This document shows, piece by piece, positions 1-14,502 of a DNA stretch of 64,000 nt. The DNA is from Chrysomallon squamiferum (taxonomy: Eukaryota > Animalia > Mollusca). The first letter of the stretch is position 1; each line of letters starts with the position of its first letter. A program made the position numbers and the translations under genes. Under the pieces are notes generated by a model. It had not been told where the DNA came from, did no database searches, and saw nothing but the letters and a program-made list of their open reading frames with translations. The DNA is taken from contig CM022672.1 of the NCBI GenBank assembly GCA_012295275.1, forward strand, positions 22,878,001-22,942,000, written 5' to 3'.

Positions 1-7
1 AACTTAC

Positions 8-1019
8 TATATTAGTGTTAAAAATGTTTGGTCGGCTGACAGTAATACCAACCTGCAAAGAAAATGAGAGATTAATTAACAGTTATAAAATTTTAATACA
101 GAAACTGATGTAGGAAGGATTTATATAAAAACATTAAAAAAAAAAAAATCATGTTAGTCTTGGTGTTTGTACATATGCATGCATTGTTTAATGGTATTAA
201 ACAAACTTATTTCTGAAATAAAATTAATACATTAAGACAATTATCAAACATTTTGGACACATTTATGTAGTATTTATGAGAATTATCTAGCACAATAAAC
301 ATATTCTTAAAAGAAATAATTAAATGTTTTGTTTTAAAATAAAAGAATCATACTTACAGGCTGAATGAGATGTTCTATATCAAAAGGCAAGATACTATCA
401 AAGAAAGAAAGAAAAAAGAGAAGTATATATATTTAAAAAAAGAAATTAAACTATTCAAATAAATTATTATTAAAACAGAAAAAAGTAATAATAAAATAAA
501 ACAAAATAAAAAATCAACCACGAAACAAATAATAATAATTAAAAAAAGAAGATATTTAGATAAATTATTATTAAAACAGAAAAAAAGTACTAATAAAATA
601 AAACAAAAAATCAGTCACAAAAAAAATAATAATTAAAAATAAATAAAATAAAGAAGCTGTATGAAAACAGAAAGAAACAAAAATACTAATTTTTTACTTC
701 GTATTTACAGATAACTACAGCATGAAATGCAAAATATATTAGTATCTTTTAACCTTTAAAATTTAACATGCTACTTGCTGCTGTTGTTTTTCTAACAAAT
801 CAGTTTTAAGGGAAGAGGAACATGCATTCACTTACTTGAATTTTAAAAGTCCCACTCTTCCATTTGTTGTGGCTCTCTCAGGATAGAACAACATAGGAAA
901 ATCAGATACTGAAAAAGTGAAAACATATTATTTGTATATTGATAATTACTTTGCTGTACTTTAAATAATTTTCTACACAAGTTAATTTAATTTGTAATAT
1001 CTGATAATCTACAAAGTAC

Positions 1020-1052
<33 letters not shown>

Positions 1053-3483
1053 ATAAAAAAAAAAAAATGTCTTACCCTCACAGAATGATTTAATGATATT
1101 TTTTATTTCTTCCTTGTTCTTGTCTCTTGGCAGCATTTTTAAACTTAGCAGCCATTCAAAAAATGGTGTTATTGGTCTGCTAATTGGCTGAGGAAAAATA
1201 ATAAAAGAAAAATCAATTCATAATTTTAAAACAGACTCATAGAATCACTGAGTCAAATCTGAGAGAATTTAGAAACATAAATAAAAAATTGCTATATTCC
1301 AAAAACAGCCTTTCTTAAAAAAAATAAAAAAAATAAAAATAAAAAATTTAATAGATTTAGCCGTTTTCAGTTAGCAAAGAGAAGAGAAAACGATAGTCTT
1401 TTATAAAAGAATAAACCACTATTGTCTTGAGCCAAACAGAAAATTAATGAAAAAAAAAGAAAAAGAAAAGTTTCTTACCATGAAATGTGGAATAAGAATA
1501 TCAGTTATAATGTGGTCTAAAAACAAAGTGTGGTTGGAAACCAGTATTCTGGCTCGTGCATCGTAATTTTCATCTCCCTCTGTGGTGAGAATTATTCCTG
1601 TCACTCCCAGCATCACTCGCAGAATCAGACTGAAATTAAGAAAACAAAAACATAACTCTGAAAGATAATCAAATACTCAGTTCATTGGTACTAAGTAGAT
1701 TTTTGGTTAAAATATAATTATCAAAACAAATACAGCTTCCATTTCAAATTCAGATTAATTGTTGATTTTTTAAATTTAACTAGCATTATTATTTGTAATA
1801 CAATTTCTTTAAATACATCACCAAAAAATATTTCATTTAAATAGCAATTGGTATTTGTAATACAATTTCTTCAGTTTCATATCTTTTTACTTTTTTTTTT
1901 TTTTATGGATTATCACAAACTCATAAATAATTTAATTTCTATATACCCTCTTATAAGCCATGTCTTTGGCAAGATGACTGAGACCAATATTGCATGAAGG
2001 AGAATGAAGAATCGTAAAACTGCTAAAATCAGTCCAAGAGGGAAGTACACTATTATGAATAATGAATGTACAGATAAAGGGAACAGGGGTAGTTGAAATC
2101 TGAAAGAGACAAAGATAAAATATTAACTATTGAAACACATGATATAGAAAGTTATATCTGATACTCTGAAAAAAAAAAAAAAACACAATAAAGATTTTAT
2201 TAAATTATAATAATATCATGCTTAACCATCACTGTTTTGATATAATGTCACTAAATGTGAACTATATATGGTGACTTACAAAGATTATTATGTTTATTTT
2301 GACAGCTTTAACTATTTTGCCCTAATTTTTGCTGTTTATAATGTTACATTAAATTAAATCAAGGTCAATGTTTCAGTGAACTGTGTGCTTTAAATATCAA
2401 AATAAATAAACAGAAATACATGAACAACACATAGAACAATAATAAATTAAAAAAATAAAAATAATAATAATAATAATAAAAATAAAATAACACTGCCACA
2501 TACATGAAATTCTATAAATTTACAAATCCATTATACAAATTCAGACACACACATCATCACTGCTGTGTCTGACACATAGATTGTGGAAGGGAGAGTCAGT
2601 TGTTATTGACAACTGGATATGTTACACTGATAAATTATTAAATTTTACACTTTAAAAGGAAATTATATGGATGTAAACTGTGCACTGTAATCTTCTATAT
2701 AATTTGTAAATGTGTATGTTTGTCTGTTTAAAGATTAAGTTTGAATAAATAACACAAATTGATAAAAATTTAAAATGGTCGTTTTTAGATGTTGAGTTTG
2801 TTTAAATAATGCGTCTGTTATTTTGTGATAAGTTATATTCATTATTGTTATACATCTTACAAATGGTGGTAATATTTGGCTGACAAATTTTGCACCCACG
2901 TTCCTGAACTTATCAATTGATAAATCATACAAAATCAGTATTTAGTTAATATACTCATAATAATATTTGTAATATTTGCTGTATTTTTATTTATTTTTAT
3001 TTTTAATCAAACATTAAAAATAACATCTATCTAATAATGTGCCTTTTTATTAATAATTATTAATTTACAATAAATACAACAAGAAAATTAATTAATTAAT
3101 TTTAAAAAGATTTAAAAAAAAATAATTCCGAATATAATCAAACTCAGAAACTGTACTCAGTACTGTAGTACAAATGTGAATGTCAGTCTGTCATTTTTTA
3201 TTTGTAACATAAAATTAAAGTCCATCTATACTTAATGAAAAAGCATTCCTAAGGTAATTCGAAATTATTATCTTATCATTTATATCAAAGCCAAAATTTG
3301 GAGAATATGTGAATCGTGATAATCATAATTAATAATAATAATAATAATATGATAACAGACGAGATAAGGCTGATTTACACTGTTAGTGTAACAATGTATA
3401 CTGTAATTCCTCAACATTCAAATAACTCTTGCATTAAAGTACCTGTCTAGATCGAACAACTGTTCAATGGCAAGCACAGCCAT
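8..3483 (-). CDS. AUP1: Lipid droplet-regulating VLDL assembly factor AUP1 (5' portion; continues beyond left edge)
   Basis: Phase-consistent GT-AG exons 3443-3483, 1947-2099, 1479-1629, 1076-1187, 836-908, 358-394, 8-52. They give MAVLAIEQLFDLDR..IVYFPLGLILAVLRFFILLH..RILVSNHTLFLDH..MLFYPERATTNGRVGLLKF..PFDIEHLIQP. This matches the AUP1 hydrophobic hairpin and the acyltransferase-like HxxxxD and FPE..TNG..GLLxF motifs (recalled homology). Confidence 0.88.
1022..1050. repeat. (TG)n microsatellite
   Basis: Direct read. Confidence 0.95.
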
Positions 3484-4198
3484 CAATACATCTGTTTACA
3501 AAAAAAGTCTTCAAATGTATTGCAAATCTTTTGGAGCTTACGGGCCAAGATCGTAGAACAACAATCTGCTGGGCGCGGCCATTAGGAATAGTGCATTGTG
3601 GTATTTGATAGCTAAGTTCCTGTGAAGGCGTACCAAATTAAGTAAGATAATGTAGATCATGCTTATAAAATAGGAATAACTGAAGTTAACAAACAGCTAT
3701 AATAAACAGTAAAAACAAATAAAATAATTGTTAAAATTCTTACATCTATATATATATATTTTTTTTTTTAATAATAAATTTCATATATATTTTTAGTTTT
3801 TCACAATTTTGGTAGGATTAATCAGATTAAGGTACGACGGTCACGGTGGAATCGCGAAACGTAAATTATTTTATCATGAAAATGGGCGATTAAACTGATT
3901 CAGTTTTAATACTGTATCAACTGCGACCAAATATTTAATAAAATTAATGTATACAAGTCTGGACAGAGACCATAAGAAATCTAGATTTCAATAAGTTCTA
4001 ATTTTAGTGAATTGTTATTAAAGGTATCGTCGGTAGGGGACCAATGTAATTATCATTATGTATTATTTTAAATATTATAAACGAAATCTTAATTAGGTTT
4101 TATTTACAGATGTAAAACTAATATATATAATTAATCATATAACTGAAAATAAATAAATTATTTACACATTTATTTTCTGATTAATTTTTTTTGTTTAG
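3484..4198. promoter_or_regulatory. Putative bidirectional promoter / 5' UTR region of AUP1 and TAF1B
   Basis: Divergent start codons 738 bp apart. Local CpG enrichment (gggcgcggccatt ~3571, aagttcctgt ~3614). Candidate TAF1B non-coding exon donors at 3642 and 3832, and acceptor tttgtttag ending 4198. Confidence 0.55.
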
Positions 4199-4221
4199 AT
4201 TCCCAAACTCAGGTTGAGAAA

Positions 4222-7200
4222 ATGCCTTCCTGTATTACATGTGGCGGAGAGAACTTTGATGTCTGTGATGGGTTGTATTATTGTTCAATGTGTCAGACAC
4301 AGTCACAGGTAATTGTCATTGATATAAATTTCAAATATGAGGCCAGAACTTTCTCAAAACAATTGGAAATAGGTCAGATGACGTCAAAACAGGCTCACAT
4401 TTGAACTATGAACTATCAAATTCATATTGGTTGTACCATAAGTGGGTTAAGTTAAACCAGTATAAATTCAGATATGTGATTTCCTGAAGGCCAATCTAGA
4501 TCTATATAATATCCTGCTAATTTTTTTTAATTTTAAGGTTTATTTTTAAAAAATAAAAACATTGTAGATGCAGATTTTGTCATTACTTCGCAGTATCAAA
4601 CATTACAGTAAATGAAATAAATAAATAACAGATTTAAAAAAAAAAATTATGTTATTTTGTTAAACTAAATGTTTGTAGTCTGTTTTAAATATATTACTGG
4701 CAGAGAATATTCTGTTGCTCTGTGTCATTGTTATTCAGTTTCCATTTCTGGCCAGTAATATAGACAGATAGACTGACAGACTCATACATACATACATAAA
4801 GAACATATGTATTAATATCCAAATGACTTTTAATCTTTGGGGAGATACATATGAAAGATTCTTTGTAAGTAATTGGTAAAGTAGCTCATAAAGTGGGTTT
4901 CATCTTTTAATACCATTACAGAATTATTGGTTTCTGACAATAATTATAAATTAACTGAGATGTAGTTAAACAAGCTTTTTAAAATTATATTCAGATAATG
5001 ATCATTAATAGATAAATATATTCAGATTCTTATATTTTTTTAATTTTTAATTTTGCATATCAGGATCTTCGGGTGGAGGTGGAAGAAACAACATTTGCTG
5101 ACATTCCAAGTCGTACCTTACTTATGAAAGGCAAAAAGAAACAGAAAGGGAAAAAAGGTTTTTGATAATTACTTTGAAATAAGAAAAATTTCATTTTAAG
5201 TTTGAATAGAGAACACAACTGGTAAAATTATCTCCTCTGTATGTCAGAAATGTATTATCTCAAAAAAAGAGGGGTTTTTTTGTTTGTTTTTATTATATAT
5301 TGTCTTACTACATTATAATTTATGTCTTTAAATATAGTCTAATAAAAAAGAAAAAAAAAATGTAACTTTAATTTCATTCTGTTTAAATAATTTAGATATA
5401 TAAATCCATTAATAAAAATTTGATGGTTAAAAAAAATGTTTATTATAATCAGTAACCTGTAATATACAAATGGTTAAATGCATTTTGAATACTTCTAAGT
5501 GAAATTCTTTTAATTTATTTTTATATTTTTCTTTTTCTTATGCCATTATGGTACAAGCAAGAAGCTTAAATACATTATATGTACCCCTAAATGATTCAGA
5601 CTCCTAAGTTTATTTTTAATGAAATAGACAAAAAAATTAATAAGTCTATAAGGATGTGTGGATACTGCCATTTTCCTCTTTATTCACCTATTACATTATT
5701 TTTCTGTATTATATTATTCTGTGAAAAAAGGAAAACATTTGTTATAGCTATCTTGACAATTTTATTTTATTGTCATTCTTTATTAATAATAAAAGATTAG
5801 TGCTGAATAACAAATAAAACATTCTGATTTACTGGGATGGAACAAAAGTTTGTAGTGTTCATAACCCAGAATTGTGCCAAGTTGTAGTAGGATGAAATCA
5901 TGAATGTGCTTCAAGGATGGTGAAAGGTAGTGGAACAAAAGGTAGTGTATGTACAAATATCTAAATATTGTCTATGAATTTCTCTTTTAGAAAATGCTAT
6001 GAACTTCTGTTCCAACCCAGTTTTTATACTATTTCTTCATATTATCTCAAATTCATTTTCAGAAAAATATACTATTAATCTTTTTTGCTTTAACCACTTA
6101 AAAGCTGAAATATGTTAATTTTAATTTACTATATTTTATTTCAGTATATAAGTTTGATTATTAAAAAAAAACTGTTTCTGTTTTACATTTTGTAGTTCGG
6201 GACAAAGGTCGTCCATGGACAATTTATGAAGGTTATCAATTTGTTTTGAAAGCACAAGTTAAAACTCTTATTGAACTTGGAGCAGATCCAAAACTTGATG
6301 TAAGTACTGAGTTCAGGAATTAAATAATTGTCTGCTTTCTAATAGCAGATTTATTACATTTTAAACTGTATTCTTTTAAGTTACAAAAAAACCCAAGAAA
6401 TTCTTGATGATGATGATAATTATTATTTGTGTTATTGTTGTTGCTGCTATTATTGATGTATTATGGTTGTTGTTTTTAATTATACCTATTATCATTTCAG
6501 GAAGTTGTTTTCCGTTTGTGGGCATTGTATTTATCAAAAATTGAAATTGCTTTTTGTGAAAATGAGAAGCTTATTCCTACAGTATTCAAAAAATATGCAA
6601 GAAACAGGTAAAAATATAAATGTCTAACATAATTTATACATTTTTGTCATGAAATATGTTCAGAAAAAATTCGAAAGTTTTCATGCTGTTTCATTACAAT
6701 ACATTTTACATTTTACTGTAAACATGACTGACTAGCTGATTTCCATTTGTTTCTCTGTTTACACAGTAGTTGTTATAATAACAAAAATACTGTACTACTA
6801 GATGCATTTGACTGATTTTAAATTATCTATCTATATATCATTTATAATTTAGTCTCATTAATTACATTTTCTATACTTTTTAAATTGAAGAAAAACATTA
6901 ATCTTATGATGTTTATTATTATCTCATTAGATACTGTGTATTATATGTTTGTAAACTTCTGTATTTCTTAAAATTCTCTTCTGCCAGTCATCTCCAAATA
7001 TTTCCCAATCCTAAATCTTCACAAAAGAATTAATTATTTGATCTCTATCAGTTTATGCTTTATTTTTGCAACAGTAATTCTTAAAATTCTAATTATTATT
7101 AAAACAAAAATAAAAATGTAAGACCTGCATGCAGAAAGAATACATCACTCATGTTTTTTTTTTTAAATTTCTAATTAAAACTCATACCATTGTTGATCCT

Positions 7201-10200
7201 ATTTTCTTATATGACGAAACATCAGTAACAGAATTTCAGGTTCATAAGTCATTGAATCTGTCAATTCCGAAAAAAATCTTTTGTAGATGTCTCTGATCTA
7301 AATAGCTCTCTTTTCATTAAACTGTGAAATAATTGTAATAATTATTAAAGGTGTGATTAAAAGATAACTTTGATACAAATTATGAACATGATGTAAAAAA
7401 AAGGTGATTCTTCTTTTCACTTGTGTGTTGAGTATACATCACTTCTTGGGCCTTACAACTTCTTCTGAAGAGTTGTTGTAGTTCTCCAGATAGTTTCCCT
7501 CAGCTGCTTTAGGCTTATGCAATTTGGGACGACAATATAAACTTGATAATTTATGAAGATACACAAGTTGCCCAGTTATTTAACATTTACTCTTATAGAT
7601 ATTTTTTTTTATCGTTTTTTACTCGGTTACATTTAGTTGTTTTACATAAGTAAACTCACCATATCTGTTTGACAGGGAAATGTTTAGAGGAGGCATGGAA
7701 GATCCTGAAGTCATACCAGTGCGAAGTATCCGTGGATGCAAACGGGGTTATTATACACCAGCTTCAGAAGTAATATTTTATAATTATTTACAGTGATATA
7801 ATTAACCTTTCATAACCCTCAGTGTTTAAGCTTAAGTGTGTGTGTGTGTGTGTGTGTGTCTGTCTGTCTGTCTGTCTGTCTGCATGAGCGCTTGCATATA
7901 CAGACCTATAATTTATCAAGAACCAAAATGAACAGTCTTGATAAACTGAACTTTTGGGTTTTGGCAGGTTTCACTATAGACATTAAAGATTATTATGAGT
8001 ATTCTGTTATTTTTATTTAGGAGGGGAAAAAAAGAAGACAATAACTCTATTTATCAAGCATTGTACAGTTGGTTTGTCATGATTTTATAATCAATAAATC
8101 AACACCTAGAAAAGGTTGAATCACAATTACATAGAATATCTTATCCAGTAACCAAATATCTTAATGAATACAAAAAACAGCACATAGGCGTACAGTTGTA
8201 AAATTAATGGATTTAGAGCAGTGGTTCTCAAAGGTGCTTAGTGTGCCCCACTTCAGTCCATTGCTTTGTATTTCATATTACAATATTTTTGAAGAAATTG
8301 CCAAGACACGTCAGGCTTATATTTCTCATCAGCACAAAATAGATGATGAATAAAGGTATATACCCTTCTTTCAGTTATTTCTGTATTTTTTTACATTTTG
8401 CATTATATTTCTTAGCATTTTGTGTGTAGTGTGCCCGCAGTTTTATGCAAGGCTTCAAATGTGCCCCAACATCAAAAAGTTTGAGAACCACTGATTTAGA
8501 GTTTAATATAATCTCACATATTAAATTGAAACATGATTAAAATAATAGTTAAATTTATTACACTGATTGATCATAGACATTATTCTCTTTTTCAGAGAAA
8601 AAAGAAAAAGTATATTCCTAAGTTTGTTGTTAAATTGGAATGGATGCATTTATATAAGAATTTGGCATTTTGTCTGCTTGGTTTGATGTTCACTAACAAT
8701 CTGACTACAGCCTCTGATCTTATTAGGTAAGTGCTGGAATTTGAAAAATACCATTAACTGTCTGATTTCGACATTATTATTCTTTTTTTTATTTTATTAT
8801 TATTATTCTGTTGTTGTTTTTTTCTCTTCAATAAACCCTTTTCTTTTATTCTACTTACAAAATAATCAGCATAATTTCCAAAAAGATATGGATTTGTCTT
8901 TTTAAGATTTCAAATATGTAAGTTTATGTCTGTTTATTACTATTTTCTTCAATGAATAAAATCTCTTTCTTGTTTTTAATTTGTAAAATAATTTAGTCCA
9001 ACTATGTAGTAGGAACAAAGAATCATCAGTTATCCATTTTCTGTTTACTTTCAGTGAAAAAAACAAACAAACAATTTCAATACAAGTTACATATAAATAC
9101 AGTTTTCTCAGTCATGTCTTAATTAGCAATGTTCCAGATTTTATTTATCTTTTTAAATTATTTTTGGGTATTGGAATTGTATTAGATTTATTAAATATAC
9201 ATTTCATTGTTTAACTGTAAATCTGTATTAATTTACTGGAACAGATGGATTAAAGATGGCACTCTTCCATTCAGGGATCTCATTCCTGTCATACCAGATG
9301 ATACTAAGCTTAGTGCATATGATGCTTACCTATTCAAAGCTGTGAGTACATGCTGAATACTTAAATTTAAACTGTTAAAACTAGATAAAATTTTTTGTTC
9401 TTCTGGTATTTTATTGCGTACTTAGAGATAAACTATTAAAAATCAGATAAAATTTTTTATTCTGCTGATATCACATTGAACAAAGATAAATCCTGCTAAT
9501 ATCACATTGCATATTTAAATATAAACTATTAAAATTAGATAGCACAATTTTTTGGCTCAGCTAGATAAACTTAACTGGTTTGGATATACTTAATAAGCTG
9601 ATACATATAATTCTTTTTTATTTTTAATTAAATGTTTATAAATAAATGTATTTTGTAAACATTTATTTAAAAAAAAATAAAAAAATAATAATAATAATAA
9701 AAAAAAATATATATATATATATATAAAATGTTATTTTGCTTTTCGTGCAATAGCTTTTGCCAAGTGCAGAATACCTGAAATTAGAGGCAACCAAGATGGC
9801 GCATTATTTAGGACTGACAGAGTTTCCTCCTTTCCCTATTGAACAGTTGATCAGCAAGTACATTGTACTAATGGATTTGCCAGGTACACTATTTTAATAT
9901 TTTGTATTTAATTTATTTATTTATTATTATTATTATTATTTTTTATTTTATTTTTTGTTAAGCTTTAAATAAATAAAAGTATTTATGAGTGTGTGATTAT
10001 ATATATGTGTGTGTGGTTTGTTTTATTTTTATTTATTTATTTATTTATTTATTTATAATTTCTTTATTTTTTTTTTTTTTTATTTAGGTGAAATGCATGG
10101 TTTAGTAATGAACCTTGTCAGACGGCTAAATCCAAACATGCACTATGTTACAAATCTTCAGGGTGTATATAGAAATTACATTCCTCCATATGAAGCCATT

Positions 10201-10878
10201 GCAATGAGTTTCATCATCATCACCATTAAGCTGTGGTTTGGTTTGGATGACAAGACCGAAAGGTACTGACGGCTCACTGATCCTCTTCGTTGATTTGCTC
10301 ATTATTAATGTGGAATTTAAGGGAGATAACTATTTTCTGAAATAGATCCTGTTCAATGTATTATCTAATTAAACTGTATTATTTCAAAATATTGATACAA
10401 AATTACAATATTGTAGTCATAATGTTGTTGTTATAATTTTATATTATTAGTTTGTAAAAGTTTGCAGTTTTTTGGTGGGATAACCTAATGATTTTTAAAA
10501 AAAAAAAAAAATTATTTTATTTTCATACATTCCAGAGAACTTTCTACATACTCAAAACAGCTGATGGATGTTATGAAAAATAATCGTAAGTCACTGTCAG
10601 AAATACAGTGAAAAAGAATATTACTGCTGCTTATTTATCATCATTTTCTTTTGATTTTATATATAGACACACACACACACATACACATACAAACAAATGA
10701 ACACATACATGCATGTATATAAATACACACATACACATATTTCTTTACTTTTTTTTTTTTTTTTCAATAAAATCTTTTGTCATAAACCAAATAGCAGTAT
10801 TATATTAACCAATATCATTTTGTGGACTGTAAAATGAAACTTATGTATTATATTCCCATCTTTTTCTCACTTTTATCA

Positions 10879-10947
<69 letters not shown>

Positions 10948-13189
10948 GTATTTATGTTACAGGACAACCTTTGTTTGTGTTTGATGACTGGAAAGTTCAC
11001 TTTACTTTGAAGATTAAAAAACAGATGAACATTTCTCTGCTGCTGACTGAAACAGAGTAATTATTTTTACATAAAGTCCAACATCTTACAGTTTACATAA
11101 TCCAAATTATGATGGATTATATAAATGCTGAAATTTGTGAAAAACAATTTAAACATTAATTTATCATACCATGCCATTGTTTGTACTCAGCAAAATGTTT
11201 AACCCAGTATATAAATACAAATAGGAGAAAAATGTTTTAATTTAATCACGAAGCTGCCTCAAAGAAGGCAAAAGGAACAAAATGGCATGTAATTATTTAA
11301 ATAATTTATATTAATGTTTGTAAAATATACGGCAGTGAAGAAAACATTCCTATAACTAAGTTTTCATATTGTCTTTTGTACTGACAAAATCTTTTATTAT
11401 GAATTTGTTTGAGCTTGTGGTAGACAGTTTTTGGTTCAATCTGTACAAAAAGAAGAAACAAAAAAGTTAACTGTTCTTTCTTTTGGGTTTCAGGACAATG
11501 GAGGACATCAGTGATGTTGATGCAGTTTTGAAATTCTACATGGAAAAAGACACAACAAAACAAGCATACAAACTTAGATATCCCAAACAAACTCTAAAGA
11601 GTATGAATATTTTATTTTATTTATTATTTCCATAATCACTATCATTGAATCACAATATTTGCTTGTGTGAATAATTGAATTGTACTGATGTAAAAATAGT
11701 GAATGAAAATGATAGTTTATATTTAACAAAAATAATTTTATAATATTTATATGTTATTTCTTTTAATGTTTATAAATACATATAATTTTTTTTTTTTTTT
11801 CACTTGTAATTTTTATTAACTTAAAAATAAATGATGAGGTTAATTGTTCAGAATAAGGTATGTTAATAATTATCTGAATTTCAAAAAACTGTATTTCTTA
11901 TTGTTTGTATTATATTCAGAAACAAAGATAATTTTCAAATATATAGATCTAGTTTTATACATAATTTTTTATATTTTCTTAGTCATATAATTTTGTTTAT
12001 ATCTTATTTTTAATAATTGTCTGTTCTTTTTCTTTTCTTTTTTTTTTTTTTTTTTTTTTCTTTCTTTCTTTCTTTATTTGTTATTTGTGGAATTGGTTAA
12101 TGACATTTATCAAGTCCTTATCAATATATCCATTGTGTTAATTTCTGTTTAGCTTAGTTCCATAAATATAGTTCATCAGATGATAGTGTCTGGTGGCACT
12201 TGTACATTAGACGTCTCTTTCTTCTGCTGTTAATCTTTAATATGTTTACATGTTATTTATTATTTTATTAGTATTATTACTACTACTACTACTACTACTG
12301 TTGTTGTTGTTGTTCTTATTGTTTTTCAGGTAAAATATACAATCTAGAATGCAGAGAAGGAATCAGACGACCATTTCTCAGCCTTTCAAAAAAATGGAAT
12401 CTAAACCAGTCAGCAGACACTGAAGAAGAGCCAGTCAAACCACTGAGTACAAGTAAAATATATGATGACCCTATGGACATTTTGAATGAATCCCTGGAAA
12501 GCAGTGGTAACCCAAAAGACGAATGTTTTGATGAAGTCAGTAAAGGCAGTGGTGAAAAAGAAAAGGGAGATTATTTTAGAAACTGCACAATGAGACATAT
12601 AACCCATTCAAAAGGGTTTCTGGAAAGTTTACTAACCAGTAAGTCACAGATGGATATTCCAAGAAGAAAAGATGTCAGTCGGAATGAAAGTAAACCAGAT
12701 TTAATGGATGTTTTGTCTCAGAGTGGTGATAGTTCTGATAGTGATTTTTCACAGGATATAATATTTTCATTGAAGTCAGGTCAAGGTGAGCCATCTCAGA
12801 GAATTCGTTATAGCAGAGTTGATGATACTTCATCCAAAAACAGTTCACAAGAGGCCATCTCTGAAGCTGAGATAAAGTCTATCACGGAAAAGTTTGTAAA
12901 TGCTGCAGAATCTTACATTCTTTACAAGGAGAAGCCAGAGGACACAGACTATGAAGTTAAATATCACAAGTGTTACTTTTGGTTACTGAATATGTGTGCA
13001 GCCATGACTGAAGGTAATGTCAGAGAGATAGCCAAATGTGTCACTCTGTTACAGCCTATCTCTGTGACATCCGGTTTTTCATGTGAAGGTACGAAAATGG
13101 GTGATTGTGAAGCCTTTGTTAAAAAATATCTAAAAACAAAAAATGTTGTAAGAAAACCCAAGCCTACAGTGAACGATGATGATCTCTAA
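4222..13189 (+). CDS. TAF1B: TATA box-binding protein-associated factor RNA polymerase I subunit B (TAF1B/Rrn7)
   Basis: 13 phase-consistent coding exons: 4222-4308, 5064-5157, 6196-6299, 6501-6607, 7676-7769, 8596-8726, 9245-9341, 9754-9883, 10088-10262, 10536-10585, 10963-11056, 11494-11600, 12330-13189 (2130 nt, ~709 aa). N-terminal zinc ribbon CITCG..DGLYYCSMCQTQSQ, plus W.IYEGYQFVLKAQ..LIELG, SDLIRWIKDG.LPF and KLWFGLDD blocks typical of TAF1B. Confidence 0.88.
7836..7882. repeat. Compound (GT)n/(GTCT)n microsatellite
   Basis: Direct read. Confidence 0.95.
8219..8493. mobile_element. hAT (Charlie-type) MITE, 275 bp, in a TAF1B intron
   Basis: 14-bp TIRs CAGTGGTTCTCAAA / TTTGAGAACCACTG with perfect 8-bp target-site duplication ATTTAGAG (8211-8218 and 8494-8501); no ORF. 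Confidence 0.9.
9365..9570. repeat. Degenerate ~60-bp tandem repeat (about 3 copies) in TAF1B intron
   Basis: Recurring ataaactattaaaa..agataaaattttt..ctgct.atatcacattg segments. Confidence 0.5.
10884..10951. repeat. (AT)n/(ATGT)n microsatellite abutting a TAF1B acceptor
   Basis: Direct read; ends about 10 nt before the acceptor at 10962. Confidence 0.95.
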
Positions 13190-14502
13190 TTAATTAAGTG
13201 TTTAAAGAAAAACAATTTTAGTTGTTATGTTAGTTGTTTTTAGTTGTTATGTTTTGTTGTTGTTTGGTTTGTTTTGACTTTTGCTCTGAGTTCAAGAGAC
13301 ACTTCAAACTGGATATGACTTCTGTTTATTCATTTATTTTATTTTATTTTATTTTTTTATTATGTGAAGACACAAAGAACGACAGGGTAAAAATTGGATT
13401 TTTTTTTTTTTTTTTTTTTTTTTATATTATTTTATTTATTTGTTTATTTATTTTTGTTGAATTATTTGATTTGGAATGGAGATTTTGGATTCAAAAATGC
13501 TTTAAAAATATTTTCAGTTATAATTAGTTTATAAAGGTTTTATATTCACAGATTAAGAAAATGACAACTTTATATATTATCATCAGTCAACACACATCCC
13601 TATAATAACATTAGCTCACTTAACATCCTGTTAAAGTTTAAGAACTATAAACTGAACAAGTGATCTTTAAACTGCTGTTTATCTTCATTACAGTACTATG
13701 TTATTGTGATATCTTTTTAATATAAAAACAAAGTGTCCTTAAATAAACATTTCTTCCTTCCTTTAATATTTACTTCCAGCAGAAACTGAGAGAGCAAGTT
13801 GAATTTTAAGTATACTTTAATTTTCTCAATCTTTAGTGACATCACTCTGGAATTTTGTTTACAAATATATCTGCATATCCTTTCAAATACAGAATTACAG
13901 CAGTCTTTCAATTTGTCAGAAGATATTTTTTTTTACTATGAAACTTGTACAATTTTAAAAATAAAGCATATTTTATTCTTGAAACTATAATGGATTTTGT
14001 TCTTACTGATTTTCACTTTCATTATAAATGTTCACAGATACTAGAAATATTATAAGAGATCATTAAAGCATATGCTCTGATTTGTATTTGACATAGAACT
14101 TCAAACCTTATCAAAAGAGAAAAAAAAAAAAAAAAAAAGTCATTTAGAATATAAAATTAAGATGAATAAACTTAATGAATAATTCAATTATGTAAGCGGC
14201 TTTAATTGTGAACATAGTGACATAATAAAAAATACAAATTAAATATTTAAATACATCTCATCCATTTCTGGAATCTGGATTATTTTTAGTATTGGCTGAC
14301 AAGTATTTTTTTTTTTTAATTGCTCCTTCCAAGTCCTTTGCACACTTTCTTTTGACAGAACAACATACAGCAGATTTTTATAGCAAAGAATAAATTTTCC
14401 ATGAGCGGTTTATCAATGATTATCTTTGCGTTCCTGTTATTGTGAATGTGTATATAACAAAGAAGACCGTACATATCACAATTTTTAGGTTAACGTTTAT
14501 TT

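Noticed and set aside
2541-2620. Two short hairpins (tcagacaca..tgtgtctga; cagttgt..acaactg) in AUP1 intron 1 as snoRNA/miRNA
   Set aside because: Stems are only 7-9 bp, too short for H/ACA or pre-miRNA, and box spacing is wrong.
7400-7565. Possible Penelope-like retroelement end in a TAF1B intron
   Set aside because: Only a vague compositional resemblance; no ORF, repeat partner or TSD.
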